DNA of 64,000 nt, taken from the NCBI GenBank assembly GCA_032161105.1, contig JAVHTD010000014.1. One strand, given 5' to 3'. The position numbers and the translations under genes are program-made. Source of the DNA: Candidatus Thermosaccharophagus tengchongensis. GTDB taxonomy: Bacteria; Armatimonadota; Fervidibacteria; Fervidibacterales; Thermosaccharophagaceae. Below, one piece after another: positions 1 through 10,898 of this stretch. The notes under the pieces are model-generated. The model worked only from the letters and a program-made list of their open reading frames with translations, did no database searches and was not told where the DNA came from. How positions within the stretch are numbered: position 1 is the first letter of the stretch; each line of letters begins with the position of its first letter.

Positions 1-3000
1 TTTCTTCCCGGGATGCACGGTGGAAGTGAAAAAGGGAGCTTATGTTATGCCAGTTAGCAATGTTAGGGTTGTCCGTTCCGACCAAATTGCTGCAACATTT
101 GCCGTAAAGGATATGCCAGCTGGCAAGTGGGATGTCTATGTTGCAGCTGCTGATGACGATGGAGATCCGACAAATGGCATTAAAGATAGCGGAAATACTG
201 GATTAGGTAAGTTCACAGTGACTGCGAGGGCGGTCGTGACAAGTCTATCGCCATCCTCACAGTTGAATGATGCAGCAAGCAACCCATTCCAATTGGCAAT
301 TTATGGCTCCAATTTCTGGGGCGATGAATCTACCGGTTTGGATGTCAGGCTTAGGCGAACTGGTTATAGCGACATAATGGCGACTAATGAGCAGGCAGTT
401 AACAACAACACGCAGATAACATGCAATTTGAGCGTCAAAGATGCGGCTCCCGGATACTGGAACTTGGTCGTCAGGAATCCGGAAAGCCCTGAAGTTGTTG
501 TTTCAAATGCCTTCGTGGTTCAAGCCAAGGCAATAGTCGATTCAATATCTCCATCAAGTGCGCCAAATTCTGACATAGTCACAGTGACGATAAACGGGAG
601 CAACTTCTGGAGTGGCTGCGATGTCAGGTTACGCAAAGCTGGTGAAACCGATATTGTCGCAAGGAATGTCGTTGTGTCAAACGGCGGGACAAAGATAACA
701 TGTGATTTTGATTTGAGGCTAAAGGCAACCGGAGACTGGAATCTCATTGTCACAAACATCTTGAGCCCATCAAGTGATCCAAAGACCTTCACCATAAACC
801 CAGCTGGCAATCCGAGCGTCTCAAGTATTGAACCGAACTCCTCGCTGAATGATTCCACAGTTGATGTCAAAATCACTGGCAGCAACTTTATACCGACTGA
901 TTCAGCCAAACTTGTGCCGTTAAGCATATCCGGGAGCGACACGGAAATTCGTGCAACGAATGTCACAGTGAGCGATTCAAGGACAATTTATTGCCGCTTT
1001 AACCTGGTGAAGCGTTGTCCCGGTGACTGGAAAGTCGTGGTATTCGGTCTAAGAAATGGCAATCAGGTTGAGAGCACCGAGGATGTCAGGTTCACAGTGA
1101 TCGCAAAACCCGCAATCAGCAGTGTAACGCCGGATAATGCGTTGAATACCGATCCTGTGAGTGTGACGATCAAAGGCTACGACTTTATGCCGGGTGCAAG
1201 GGTGAGACTCAGGGATGGCGGGAATGTGATTGATGGCACCATTAATTCGGTCAAAAGAGACGAGATTGTGTGCGAATTTGACATAGGAAACAGGCGGCCG
1301 GCAAAGATGGATGTTGAGGTTGAAAATACACCAACTCAGGTTGCCTCCCTCAAAGAGGCGTTCACAATACAGGCAAAGGCATCCGTCAGCAAGGTTGAGC
1401 CAGATGAAGCGGATAATAGGCAGGCAAGCTTGAAGGTGACAGTTGTCGGGGACAACATTTGGAATGGTGCAACTTGCAAGCTAAAGAGGGCAGGCTTTAG
1501 CGATATACTTCCGATTGCTCAACCGCAAGTTGAGGAGCGGTTTATTGGCGGCGAGAATAAGAACAGTGAGCTTGTGTGCCAGTTTGATTTGAGAGGCAGA
1601 GCACCTGGCACATGGCAGCTTGTTGTTATAAACCCATACAACAGCCCAGAGAGTGACCCAGTTGACTTCAAAATCAACGGGGTGTATAGCCCGGACTACC
1701 CAGAGGTTGCGGGTATTGACCCGAAAGTTGGCGCAAATACTGGCAATTTGGACGCCACAATTACGGGTCGCTTCCTGTATGAGGGCGCAACCGTGAAGTT
1801 GGTGAAAGATGGTAACGAAATTGTGGCGCAAAATGTTAAATGGATGCAGGATGGGACAAAACTTACATGCACTTTGCCGTTGCTCGGGAAAGAACCCGGA
1901 AGATATGACCTCGTCGTGATAAATACCGACGGTAAAAGTGTGACAGTTTCCAAGGCATTCACGGTTATTGCTCCGGCGACCATTACCTCCGTTTCTCCAA
2001 CTACAGCCAGTAACGCAAGCGATTCCTTCACGCTGACAATCGTGGGTAGCAACTTCTGGGATGGCATAAAAGTTAGCCTGCGCCGTGCCGGCTATGGTGA
2101 CATAGTTGCAACAGGTGTCAAGGTTGTCAGTAGGACGCAGCTCACCTGCACATTCAACTTGAAGGATGTTGACAATAACCCGGCAAATGGTGATCAATCT
2201 GCAGCGCCCGGCAAGTGGTCAGTTGTTGTCCAGAATGTGCCTAATGATGAGCCGCCAATGAGCCCAGAGGCAATTAGGTCAGATGCTCTCACAATTACCG
2301 CTGCCCAACCGACTCTGACGAGTATCAACCCGAATGAAGGGGATAGGGATTCAACAGTTACGGTGACGATAACTGGAAATAACCTGTTTGCCGGTGCCTC
2401 GGTGGCTCTCAGGAAAGCTGGTCAAACACCAATCATAGCTGGCAATGTGCAAGTTATCAGTAATACTGAGATTCGGAGCACATTTGACCTAACTGGAGCA
2501 GCACTTGGATGGTGGACTGTTGTTGTGACTAATGTTGATGGTCAGTCCGCAATGCTTGCTGATGCGTTCCTCGTAAAGGGTAAAGCACCAAGGATTGACA
2601 AAGTTAACCCGAATCAAGCCTTAATAGGTTCAGTCATCGGTGTCACCGTTGAGGGCGAGAACTTCTATCCGGGAATTTCCGTTGAAATGCGCAAAGGAAA
2701 TGAGAGAATAGTCGGCACAAACATAACGCTCTTGAGCGATAAGCAAGTTTGGGCAAGGATTGACCTGAGGAATGTAAGCGATGGCGATTGGGATGTCGTT
2801 GTTACGAATGCTGATGGACAGAGAGCAACACTAAGTGGCGGGTTCAAAGTGTTTGAGGTGCCCAATGTCAAACCGGTTGTAAGCGTCATCTCGCCAAATG
2901 TGGGCAATAATGACCAAGTTGTTACAGTGACGGTAACTGGATCCAATTTCTACCCGAATGCGACAGTGAAACTTGTTAAGTCTGGGCAGTCTGACATAGT

Positions 3001-5440
3001 TGGAACCATCCTCAGCATGACCGATAAGGATGGGGATATTGGGAATGGGAATGAGGAGTTGCGATGCACATTTGACCTCAAAGGTAAGGCACCCGGAAAC
3101 TGGGATTTGGTTGTGATCAACGCCAATGGTTTGCAAAATGATAACACCGCAAACGACGACTTCACCATAAAGGCACTTGCAGTAATAACCGGAGTTACGC
3201 CGTCATCTGCACAGAATACGGCAAAAGTGAGCGTGACAATTACTGGGGCTAATTTCTGGGCAGGTGCAACTGTTAAGTTGCGCTACTCAGTGGGCAATGA
3301 GATTGTGGGTGAGAATGTTACAATTGCCGATAGAACTCGCATAGTGTGCACATTTGACATCCGTGGCAAACTTCCGGGTGCATGGGATGTGGTCGTTCAA
3401 AATGAGCGCAGTGATGAGGCTGTAAGGCAAAAGGCATTCACAGTGACCGCAAATTCACCAGTAGTTTCATCCATATCACCGAGTGAAGGGACGAATGACA
3501 AGGTTGTGCAAATCACGATTGACGGCAATTACTTCTACAACCCGACGGTCAAGCTCACTCAGGCAGGTCAAGCGGACATCATTGCAACTGGTATTGTTGT
3601 GCAAGATAAAAATAGTGACATGCATGGTGATAGGATTGTTTGTAATGTCAATCTCACAAATGCTGCGATTGGGCGATGGAATGTTGTCATCACCAACTGC
3701 GATGGTAAGTCAATAACACTCTCAAATGCCTTCATGGTTAAATCCAAATATCCGCCGACTGTGACTTCCATCTCGCCGAGTAGTGTGACCAACTATGGGT
3801 CGGTTAATGTGACAATTACAGGTGGTAACTTCTTCAGTGGGGCTGTTGTGAGGATTGAGAAAGACAATGGAACGAGCAAGAAAGTTATCACCGCAACGAA
3901 TGTGAATGTAGTGAATGCAACGCAAATTACAGCAACATTGAATGTGCATAATGCAGAACCGGGCAATTGGGATGTTGTAGTTGTTAACCCGGATGGACAG
4001 TCAGGGAAGTTGACGGGCGTTTTTGTGATTGTTCAACAGGGTGCGCCACAAATTGTAAGTGTCAGCCCATCTTCAGCACCCAACACTGGCACTGTTACAG
4101 TCACAATCAATGGTTCAATGTTCCTCAGAGGCGCAACGGTTCGCCTGACGAAATCCGGTCAAACGGACATAGTTGGTATGAATGTCAACTTCGTCGATTC
4201 AACGACACTTACATGCCAGTTTGACCTGCGCGATAAAGCGCCCGGAGATTGGAATGTCGTCGTCCGCAATCCCGATGGTAAAGAGGGCAAGAAGGATAAC
4301 GCATTCAAGATAACGGCTCCGGCACCGGTTGTCAGCGGGATAACACCATACACAGGGGCAAATACTGGCATGGTTTCCGTGACAATTACCGGAAACAATT
4401 TCTTCAAAGGCGCGATGGCATTCCTGAGGCTGAATGGCGAGAATATTGAAGGGATTAACCCATCGGTGTTGTCAAAGACCACGATGACTTGCCAGTTCAA
4501 CCTGAACCGTAGGCGACCGGGCAAGTGGGATGTCGTCGTAAGGAATACTGATGGACAGGAGGGTAAGAGGGAAGCTGCATTCACTGTGACTGCCCCAGCA
4601 ACCCTGACGGGTATAACGCCAAGTTCTGGCGAAAATAATGGCAATGTAAGCGTCACAATCACGGGGAGCAACCTTTGGACTGGTGCATCCGTAATTTTGA
4701 GGCGCAGCGGTCAACCTGATATAATTGGAACGAATGTGCAGGCAAATGCTGCTAACACGCAATTGACATGCCAATTTAACCTCACAGGCGCCTCACCCGG
4801 TTGGCGCTCGCTCGTTGTGGCAAACCCATACAGTCCATCAGTTGTCCTTGGTAATGCCTTCTTGGTGCGTGCACCAGCGCCAAGCATAACCTCCGTAACG
4901 CCATCGGAAGGGCTCAATTCAACATCGGTGACAGTGAGGCTTTATGGCAGTAACTTCTACCCGGGCATGATTGCAAGGCTGATCAAGGATGGGCAAGCTG
5001 ATATCGGTGGGACGAATGTGAGTGTGCTTAGCCAAAATGAGGCAACTTGCACATTTAACTTGGTCGGTAGAGCGCCCGGCAAATGGACTGTAAGAGTTGT
5101 GAATGCTGATGACAGGTATGGTGAGTTAAAGGACGGCTTCGTCATTAAAGCGCAAGCAAAAGTGTCAGCAATAACGCCAAATCGTGGCTATAGTGGCTCT
5201 TCAGTGAGCGTTGTGATAAGCGGGAGCAATTTCTGGAGCGGCGCAAAAGTTCTTTTGCGCAAGTCAGGGCAGAATGACATTGTGGCAACGAATGTCGTTG
5301 TTGAGAGCGGGACAAGGATTAGGGCAACCCTTAACCTGACTGGTGCCGCAAAAGGTGCATGGGATGTCGTCGTCATAAATGTCGTAGATGGCATTGAGAG
5401 TCCGCCAGGCGCCCTTCAGGGGGCATTTACGGTTCAATAA
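1..5440 (+). CDS. Giant IPT/TIG (Ig-like) tandem-repeat surface protein, 5'-truncated
   Basis: About 19 repeats of ~95 aa (P-x-I-x-S-I-x-P...V-T-I-x-G-x-N-F...G-x-W-D-V-V-V-x-N-x-D-G). The frame is open from base 2 (FFPGCTV), so the true start lies upstream of the window. Confidence 0.85.
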   Translation, partial: FFPGCTVEVKKGAYVMPVSNVRVVRSDQIAATFAVKDMPAGKWDVYVAAADDDGDPTNGIKDSGNTGLGKFTVTARAVVTSLSPSSQLNDAASNPFQLAIYGSNFWGDESTGLDVRLRRTGYSDIMATNEQAVNNNTQITCNLSVKDAAPGYWNLVVRNPESPEVVVSNAFVVQAKAIVDSISPSSAPNSDIVTVTINGSNFWSGCDVRLRKAGETDIVARNVVVSNGGTKITCDFDLRLKATGDWNLIVTNILSPSSDPKTFTINPAGNPSVSSIEPNSSLNDSTVDVKITGSNFIPTDSAKLVPLSISGSDTEIRATNVTVSDSRTIYCRFNLVKRCPGDWKVVVFGLRNGNQVESTEDVRFTVIAKPAISSVTPDNALNTDPVSVTIKGYDFMPGARVRLRDGGNVIDGTINSVKRDEIVCEFDIGNRRPAKMDVEVENTPTQVASLKEAFTIQAKASVSKVEPDEADNRQASLKVTVVGDNIWNGATCKLKRAGFSDILPIAQPQVEERFIGGENKNSELVCQFDLRGRAPGTWQLVVINPYNSPESDPVDFKINGVYSPDYPEVAGIDPKVGANTGNLDATITGRFLYEGATVKLVKDGNEIVAQNVKWMQDGTKLTCTLPLLGKEPGRYDLVVINTDGKSVTVSKAFTVIAPATITSVSPTTASNASDSFTLTIVGSNFWDGIKVSLRRAGYGDIVATGVKVVSRTQLTCTFNLKDVDNNPANGDQSAAPGKWSVVVQNVPNDEPPMSPEAIRSDALTITAAQPTLTSINPNEGDRDSTVTVTITGNNLFAGASVALRKAGQTPIIAGNVQVISNTEIRSTFDLTGAALGWWTVVVTNVDGQSAMLADAFLVKGKAPRIDKVNPNQALIGSVIGVTVEGENFYPGISVEMRKGNERIVGTNITLLSDKQVWARIDLRNVSDGDWDVVVTNADGQRATLSGGFKVFEVPNVKPVVSVISPNVGNNDQVVTVTVTGSNFYPNATVKLVKSGQSDIVGTILSMTDKDGDIGNGNEELRCTFDLKGKAPGNWDLVVINANGLQNDNTANDDFTIKALAVITGVTPSSAQNTAKVSVTITGANFWAGATVKLRYSVGNEIVGENVTIADRTRIVCTFDIRGKLPGAWDVVVQNERSDEAVRQKAFTVTANSPVVSSISPSEGTNDKVVQITIDGNYFYNPTVKLTQAGQADIIATGIVVQDKNSDMHGDRIVCNVNLTNAAIGRWNVVITNCDGKSITLSNAFMVKSKYPPTVTSISPSSVTNYGSVNVTITGGNFFSGAVVRIEKDNGTSKKVITATNVNVVNATQITATLNVHNAEPGNWDVVVVNPDGQSGKLTGVFVIVQQGAPQIVSVSPSSAPNTGTVTVTINGSMFLRGATVRLTKSGQTDIVGMNVNFVDSTTLTCQFDLRDKAPGDWNVVVRNPDGKEGKKDNAFKITAPAPVVSGITPYTGANTGMVSVTITGNNFFKGAMAFLRLNGENIEGINPSVLSKTTMTCQFNLNRRRPGKWDVVVRNTDGQEGKREAAFTVTAPATLTGITPSSGENNGNVSVTITGSNLWTGASVILRRSGQPDIIGTNVQANAANTQLTCQFNLTGASPGWRSLVVANPYSPSVVLGNAFLVRAPAPSITSVTPSEGLNSTSVTVRLYGSNFYPGMIARLIKDGQADIGGTNVSVLSQNEATCTFNLVGRAPGKWTVRVVNADDRYGELKDGFVIKAQAKVSAITPNRGYSGSSVSVVISGSNFWSGAKVLLRKSGQNDIVATNVVVESGTRIRATLNLTGAAKGAWDVVVINVVDGIESPPGALQGAFTVQ

Positions 5441-5485
5441 ACGGCTGTAGAGTTGGGCATCAACTGCGCTCTGAGTTGCGTGAAT

Positions 5486-5537
5486 GTCGGGGCGCATGGA
5501 ATGCGCCCGAAAAGGGCGGGTTTCACCTGTCCCTTAA
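5486..5537. repeat. REP-like palindrome pair (GTAG family, degenerate)
   Basis: gtcggggcgcatggaatgcgcccg followed by gggcgggtttcacctgtccct; near-identical to the elements at 26566-26686 and 45433. Confidence 0.75.
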
Positions 5538-5604
5538 CCAATCCGACATAGAGGTGAGTGTTGCCGCTCTTTTGTGTGGTGAGCAGATTATCATCGTGAG
5601 GAGT

Positions 5605-5627
5605 GCAGGGGCGGCTGTTAAGCCGCC
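5605..5627. repeat. REP-like palindrome
   Basis: gcaggggcggctgttaagccgcc hairpin; related degenerate copies at ~6460 and 20738-20760. Confidence 0.55.
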
Positions 5628-5703
5628 TGACGGTGTGACTTTCATGTCTTTTTGGCGTTGATTTGCGCAGTCAGCTTAAGGGCATGGAAATTCCCCAAAG
5701 TGA

Positions 5704-6426
5704 GTGATGAAGGCTACAGTGCGGAGAATGACAAGAAAATGCGCATTTACCCTGATTGAGCTCCTTGTTGTCATAGCGATAATTGGCATACTATCGGCGA
5801 TTCTTTTCCCAGTTTTCGCGAGGGCTCGTGAGCGTGGAAGGCAAGCCCATTGCGCTTCAAATTTGCGCCAAATTGGGCTGGCAATGATAATGTATGCCGA
5901 CGACTATGATGGCTTTTATCCGACTTCGCAGCCATATTACAACTGGGAATCACACATAAAAACCATTGACTCACAAACTGGACAAGTCATTTGGCTTGAT
6001 ACACCGTATGGGAATAACAGCGGTTCGGGCACTTACAAGTATCTTGTTGATGTCCTGCGACCGTATATGAAGAACCTTGACATTTGGTATTGCCCATCGG
6101 ATTCGGATGTGCAGGAGTATGAGAGGCGTGGCGGACCAATCAACGGTTGGGTGTCGTATATCTGGTTTCCACGCTGGATTTGGAACGATGGTGATGGGAC
6201 ATTCCCTGATGTCGGTCCAAATCTCGGTGTGCTTGTCCCGAGTAGCGAACCTGAGCGGATAGTGTTTGGCGAAAAGGGCATTTTCGGTTGGGATGGTCCA
6301 AAGCCGCCATATAGCGGCGAATACAATCACCCAAACGGCTATAACGCTCTCTTTAACGACGGGCATGTTAAGCTTATTCGGTGGGATCAAAGGCGCTATA
6401 CAGTTCCAGCAACACATTGGTATTAG
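5704..6426 (+). CDS. Prepilin-type N-terminal methylation / DUF1559 / H-X9-DG protein
   Basis: [30 protein letters not shown]...C-x-SNL-x-[22 protein letters not shown]. Start may be the Met at ~5728. Confidence 0.9.
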   Translation: MMKATVRRMTRKCAFTLIELLVVIAIIGILSAILFPVFARARERGRQAHCASNLRQIGLAMIMYADDYDGFYPTSQPYYNWESHIKTIDSQTGQVIWLDTPYGNNSGSGTYKYLVDVLRPYMKNLDIWYCPSDSDVQEYERRGGPINGWVSYIWFPRWIWNDGDGTFPDVGPNLGVLVPSSEPERIVFGEKGIFGWDGPKPPYSGEYNHPNGYNALFNDGHVKLIRWDQRRYTVPATHWY

Positions 6427-6594
6427 AGCGCTTTGAGATTTTTACGGGATGGGTGATATGCAGGGGTGGCTGCTAACCGTCTACAAAGACTGATCCAACC
6501 CCTGTGAAGTTTTGAACTCCGAAGCAGCGATTGAATTGGGAGTTATTGCCTCCATCGGGCAGTTTTTGCAAAATTTTGGCAAAAATCCGCCAAA

Positions 6595-7896
6595 ATGGCA
6601 AAGCCATCAAATGGGGGTGTGTTGGACATGAGTGAGAAGGATCGCAGGACAGGCATGTTATTGTGTTGCATCATCGGGTGGGCATTAGCCGCAATCATGT
6701 TCATTGTGGCAATATACGCCATAGCTACAAGACCGTCAATTAGGCGTTCGCTTGCGGTAGCGCGCTCTGAGAGGGCTAAAGTGAGCGACAGAGTGGCAGC
6801 TATTTGCGGCATTGGTGCATTGCGCGATGCAAAATCTGTGCCCGAGTTAATTGAGCTTTTGAAGGGCGGTGATGCCACCATCAGGGCGAGTGCTACTATG
6901 GCGCTTGTTGCCGTCGGGGAGCCAGCAGTGCCAGAGTTAGCCAACCTCATAAAGGCAGCGCAACAAATCCCGATCATCTCAACCGCGGACATGCTCCCTA
7001 TGGGCACACCAGAGAGCGCTGCAGCTTATGCTCTTATTGGCATAGGAAAGGAAGCACTCCCAGAACTGATGAAGATGCTTCAATCAAAGGAGCACAAGGT
7101 CTGGTATAGTGCCGCACAGATCATCAGTCGGATTGGGAGGGATGCCCTCCCAGTGTTGACGAAAGCCTTCACTGAGACCAATGACACGGGGTTCAGTTAC
7201 AACATCGCCACCACTATCGGCTTAATGGGCGATGTTGCAGAGGGGGCATTGATTGAGACATACAAAGCCACTTCCGATCAGGCAAAGCGCATTCAATTGC
7301 TCTCGCAGTTTGGCTCCATAAAGAATCCATCAAAGGATGCGCTTGAGTTGCTATTCAAAGCTGCTGAAGAGCCAACGACTGCGCCAACGGCGCTTTCGGC
7401 GCTCGGTCAGACAAGACATCCTAAGGCAATTCGTTTTTTGATTGGCAAGTTGAGAAGTGAAGACCCAGCGATACGAAACAACGCTGCAGTGGCACTTGGG
7501 ATTGCTGGCGCAAAGGAAGCAGTCCCGCAGCTGATTGAGTTGCTCAAGGATGAAAAAGCTGCCTCAGGTGCAGCCAACGCGCTTGGCGCATTGCGTGACA
7601 TGAGGGCATTAAACCCATTGATTGAACTCTTGCGGAAGAAGACGGATGCTTCAATGCATGCTGCATATGCGCTTGGCTCATTGGGCGCAAAAGAAGCAGT
7701 GCCTGCACTAATCGCCACCTTGAAAGAGCTCAAGGGAAGCAAGGAGCATATAACGCTCAAGATCGCATGCATAATTGCGCTCGGGCAGTTGAGAGCAACC
7801 GAGGCAAAACCTGTCCTTGAAGAGATGTTGAACGATCCCGACCAGATGGTTAGAGACAATGCCAAAAGAGTGCTTGACCAATTGAGCCAATGGTAA
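6595..7896 (+). CDS. Membrane-anchored HEAT-repeat protein
   Basis: N-terminal TM helix, then repeated AVPxLIELLK...AAxALG (HEAT_2/PBS lyase-like) units. Confidence 0.85.
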   Translation: MAKPSNGGVLDMSEKDRRTGMLLCCIIGWALAAIMFIVAIYAIATRPSIRRSLAVARSERAKVSDRVAAICGIGALRDAKSVPELIELLKGGDATIRASATMALVAVGEPAVPELANLIKAAQQIPIISTADMLPMGTPESAAAYALIGIGKEALPELMKMLQSKEHKVWYSAAQIISRIGRDALPVLTKAFTETNDTGFSYNIATTIGLMGDVAEGALIETYKATSDQAKRIQLLSQFGSIKNPSKDALELLFKAAEEPTTAPTALSALGQTRHPKAIRFLIGKLRSEDPAIRNNAAVALGIAGAKEAVPQLIELLKDEKAASGAANALGALRDMRALNPLIELLRKKTDASMHAAYALGSLGAKEAVPALIATLKELKGSKEHITLKIACIIALGQLRATEAKPVLEEMLNDPDQMVRDNAKRVLDQLSQW

Positions 7897-7986
7897 GTGG
7901 CATGCAGCGACCTCATCTTTGCGGCTACAATTTTTAATGCGCCATTGCGTGCTTCCTGCCTCCGTCACGAACAGGTGAATGACGGC

Positions 7987-9696
7987 ATGAGCTCAAGATT
8001 GGTTCTTTTGTTTGTTTTGCTCATCGGCGTTCTCCTTTGCTTTTACAATCTCGGCTCATTGCCACTGTTTGATCAAGATGAGCCGAGGTATGCATCAGCC
8101 GCGAGGACAATGCTTGAAACTGGAAACTACATCGTGCCGTATTTCAATGGTCAACCGCGCTACCAAAAGCCAGTGTTCATCTACTGGCTGATGTGCGGTT
8201 CGTTCAAGTTGTTTGGCGTAAACGAGTTTGCGGCGAGATTGCCATCCGCGATTGCTGCAATCGTGCTTGTCATAGTGACATTCGCATTCGGACGGATATA
8301 CTTGGGCTTGCTTGGCGCAACCGTTGCTGCGCTATCGCTCGCCACATCGTTTGGCGTTGTCGTAAGTGGGCATGTGGCAACAACCGATGCAGTGTTGCAC
8401 TTGCTAATCGCAGGCTCGTTCATGTCCTTCTTCCACGCTGAGCAATTGCGCACCGACGCTGCGCACACAAGCAACCTGTTGAGCGCGTTGTGGTATGCTC
8501 TTGCATACATCCTCTCAGGCATTGCCGTGCTCACGAAAGGACCGATCGGCGTTTTGCTGCCCGCTATTGGCATCGGCTCTTACTGGCTTTTCACGGGGCA
8601 GCTGTTAGATGGTTTAAGGCGCTCTCACATCCTGCTCGGATTGCTTTTGCTCTTGCTCATCAACTTGCCTTGGTGGGTGCTCATCAATGTCAAGACGAAT
8701 GGTGAGTTCATGCGCGTCTTTATGCTCCGCGAGAACCTGCAACGCTTTGCTGCGAAGGAGCATGCGCAACCAATTTGGTATTTCATCCCAGTGCTCTTTG
8801 TCTTCTTCTTCCCGTGGAGCGTTTTCGTCCCGCAGGGATGGCTGCACGCCATAAGGGTGGTATTGCGCAGGTTCGCATCATCAGTTGAGCAATTGAGGGA
8901 GCTGAAGGGGCATGAGCGCCTCATCGTATACTGCACATTTTGGTCGCTCAGCATCATCACCTTTTTCTCCATCTCAAAGGGGAAGAACCCGCAATACATC
9001 TTGCCTTCGTTTGCAGCGTTGGCGTTGCTTTGTGGCTGGTGGTTTGAGCGATTATCCAACAATGGATTTGATGCCAAGCAATTGCGCCGAGCACGCGTAG
9101 GTTTGCTCTCGCTGAGTTGGCTGCTCGCCTTGCTCGCATTGGCAACGCCGAGCGTCATAAACATGTTCTTCAAAGAGAGGTTCACACACGGTGATATGCC
9201 AGTTGATTTGGGTTGGGGGATATGGGTTACAGCCCTTGCAACAGCTGTGTGTGGGCTAACTGGGATGAGCCTTTTGAGGGAGGGCGCAAGCGCGCGAAAT
9301 TGTTTTGCTTTGCCATGGTGGCTTGCATGCTTCATGGTGATCGTGAATCTATCGCTCGCATCAACTGTTGCGCCATCGGTCGCACGCTATAGGCAAGAGC
9401 CATTGAGGGATTTCGCCGTAGCGATCGGGGCGACAGCGCATCACGATGATGCCGTCATCGTTTTCAGGCGTGATCAATCAAGCGTCGTATACTACTCACA
9501 TCGTGTGGTCATGCGAGTTGATGATGCGAGGGAGTTGAAGAGGATGATGCAAAGCAGCAAGCGTGCCTTCATCATCGCGAAACGAAAAGACCTGAATGAA
9601 CTATTGTCCTCGTTAGGCAGGGATGTGCATGTCATCCAAGAGAGGCTTGCATATGCGTTGCTTGTCGCAAAGCCAAAGGCAGTGCGGTCGCCTTAG
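7987..9696 (+). CDS. ArnT/PMT-like GT-C glycosyltransferase
   Basis: DQDEPRYA, KPVFIYWL, EFAARLPSA, LTKGPIG, HAQPIWYF, K-x-P-x-YILP motifs; many TM helices. Likely start is the ATG at 7987 (ORF track starts at 7897). Confidence 0.85.
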   Translation: MSSRLVLLFVLLIGVLLCFYNLGSLPLFDQDEPRYASAARTMLETGNYIVPYFNGQPRYQKPVFIYWLMCGSFKLFGVNEFAARLPSAIAAIVLVIVTFAFGRIYLGLLGATVAALSLATSFGVVVSGHVATTDAVLHLLIAGSFMSFFHAEQLRTDAAHTSNLLSALWYALAYILSGIAVLTKGPIGVLLPAIGIGSYWLFTGQLLDGLRRSHILLGLLLLLLINLPWWVLINVKTNGEFMRVFMLRENLQRFAAKEHAQPIWYFIPVLFVFFFPWSVFVPQGWLHAIRVVLRRFASSVEQLRELKGHERLIVYCTFWSLSIITFFSISKGKNPQYILPSFAALALLCGWWFERLSNNGFDAKQLRRARVGLLSLSWLLALLALATPSVINMFFKERFTHGDMPVDLGWGIWVTALATAVCGLTGMSLLREGASARNCFALPWWLACFMVIVNLSLASTVAPSVARYRQEPLRDFAVAIGATAHHDDAVIVFRRDQSSVVYYSHRVVMRVDDARELKRMMQSSKRAFIIAKRKDLNELLSSLGRDVHVIQERLAYALLVAKPKAVRSP

Positions 9697-9714
9697 GTTA
9701 GGAGGTGGTGGGAG

Positions 9715-10770
9715 GTGAAGTGCATTCGTAAGATTCTGTGGGTGGTGCTTGCGTGCTTTGTGATGGCTCGTTCAGCAGCTCATGCTGCGGAAGTTCAGCT
9801 GATTGAGTTTGGACGCCATCAAAAGGGGCTCTTGCGGGTTGGTGCAGGCATACATCGCGTTGAGATGGTTGGCACAAAGGCGCTTCGCATAAGCTTCTCT
9901 AACGCAAGCAACATGGGGCGATTCTTCGGGATTGAAGTGAGTGTTAAGCCAGCAAACCAACAGTTCAAATCCCTTGTGGCAGTCTATCGCTTCACTCTCA
10001 CTAACGGCAAGCCGCCGAGGCTTTGCTTTGTAGCATTTGATGCCGCGGACAACTCATGGTTCAAGAGCGCACAACCAATCTCTCCGACGGACGAACCTAA
10101 GGAGGCGCGCCTTTCACTTGCTGGTTTTAATCCGACTGCGTTCACTCGGAATGCTGATGTGCCCTTTTCTATCGGCAGGATTCAGCGGCTTTGGGCTGGG
10201 TTTATTGCTGACGGCGGCTCATCTGGCGTGATTGAGCTTTACAAGCTCTCGTTGAGTGATGAACCATACAAGCCGACGCAACCGATAACGATACAGCTAA
10301 CTGGCAATTGGAGGCTCATTAAAGACCCAGCTGTCGTAGGGCAACTTGCGTTGGTGCGTGAGGGCACTCCACCAAAGCAGTGCATGAGATTTGAGTTCAC
10401 ATTTCCCATCGGCAGGCATATGTATGCGCTGCCAGTCATACCGATTTATGATGTCAACCTTGCCGAGTATAGCGCATTGCAATTCACATACAGGGCTAAG
10501 TTGCCAGAGGGAATAAACGGGTTGCTCATTTGCCTTTGGGAAAGCGATGGCTCGCAGTATTATGCTGAACCAGCTCCGCCACCAAGCTCAGATTGGCACA
10601 CTGTCACAATACCATTCTCCGCTTTCAAGCTTGGCGGATGGTCAAAGGATGAGAATGAACGCCTTGACTTGGAGCAAGTGGACAACATCGTCATAGGTGT
10701 TCACGGAACGGCGAAAGGAAAAGATGGCACCGGTTTCATCATTGCCTGCGACTTAAATTTTGTTCCGTAA
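9715..10770 (+). CDS. Secreted protein with tandem carbohydrate-binding-like (CBM11/CIA30-type) domains
   Basis: GGAGGTG RBS; signal peptide ending AHA; two similar halves with WHTVTIPFSAF / LDLEQV-type galactose-binding-like motifs. Confidence 0.6.
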   Translation: MKCIRKILWVVLACFVMARSAAHAAEVQLIEFGRHQKGLLRVGAGIHRVEMVGTKALRISFSNASNMGRFFGIEVSVKPANQQFKSLVAVYRFTLTNGKPPRLCFVAFDAADNSWFKSAQPISPTDEPKEARLSLAGFNPTAFTRNADVPFSIGRIQRLWAGFIADGGSSGVIELYKLSLSDEPYKPTQPITIQLTGNWRLIKDPAVVGQLALVREGTPPKQCMRFEFTFPIGRHMYALPVIPIYDVNLAEYSALQFTYRAKLPEGINGLLICLWESDGSQYYAEPAPPPSSDWHTVTIPFSAFKLGGWSKDENERLDLEQVDNIVIGVHGTAKGKDGTGFIIACDLNFVP

Positions 10771-10898
10771 GCTCACAGGTTATGTTTGCCGGCGAAAGCA
10801 CCGCATCGTTTGGGGATGTCACATAATCAAGGCATTCAATATTCGCGGCTGAAGCTGTTTCCCACTTCTGTTCGTTCATCATCGGCGGGTGATATTTC

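Noticed and set aside
520..5394. Multiple minus-strand ORFs within the giant IPT gene
   Set aside because: Antisense shadows with no independent motifs.
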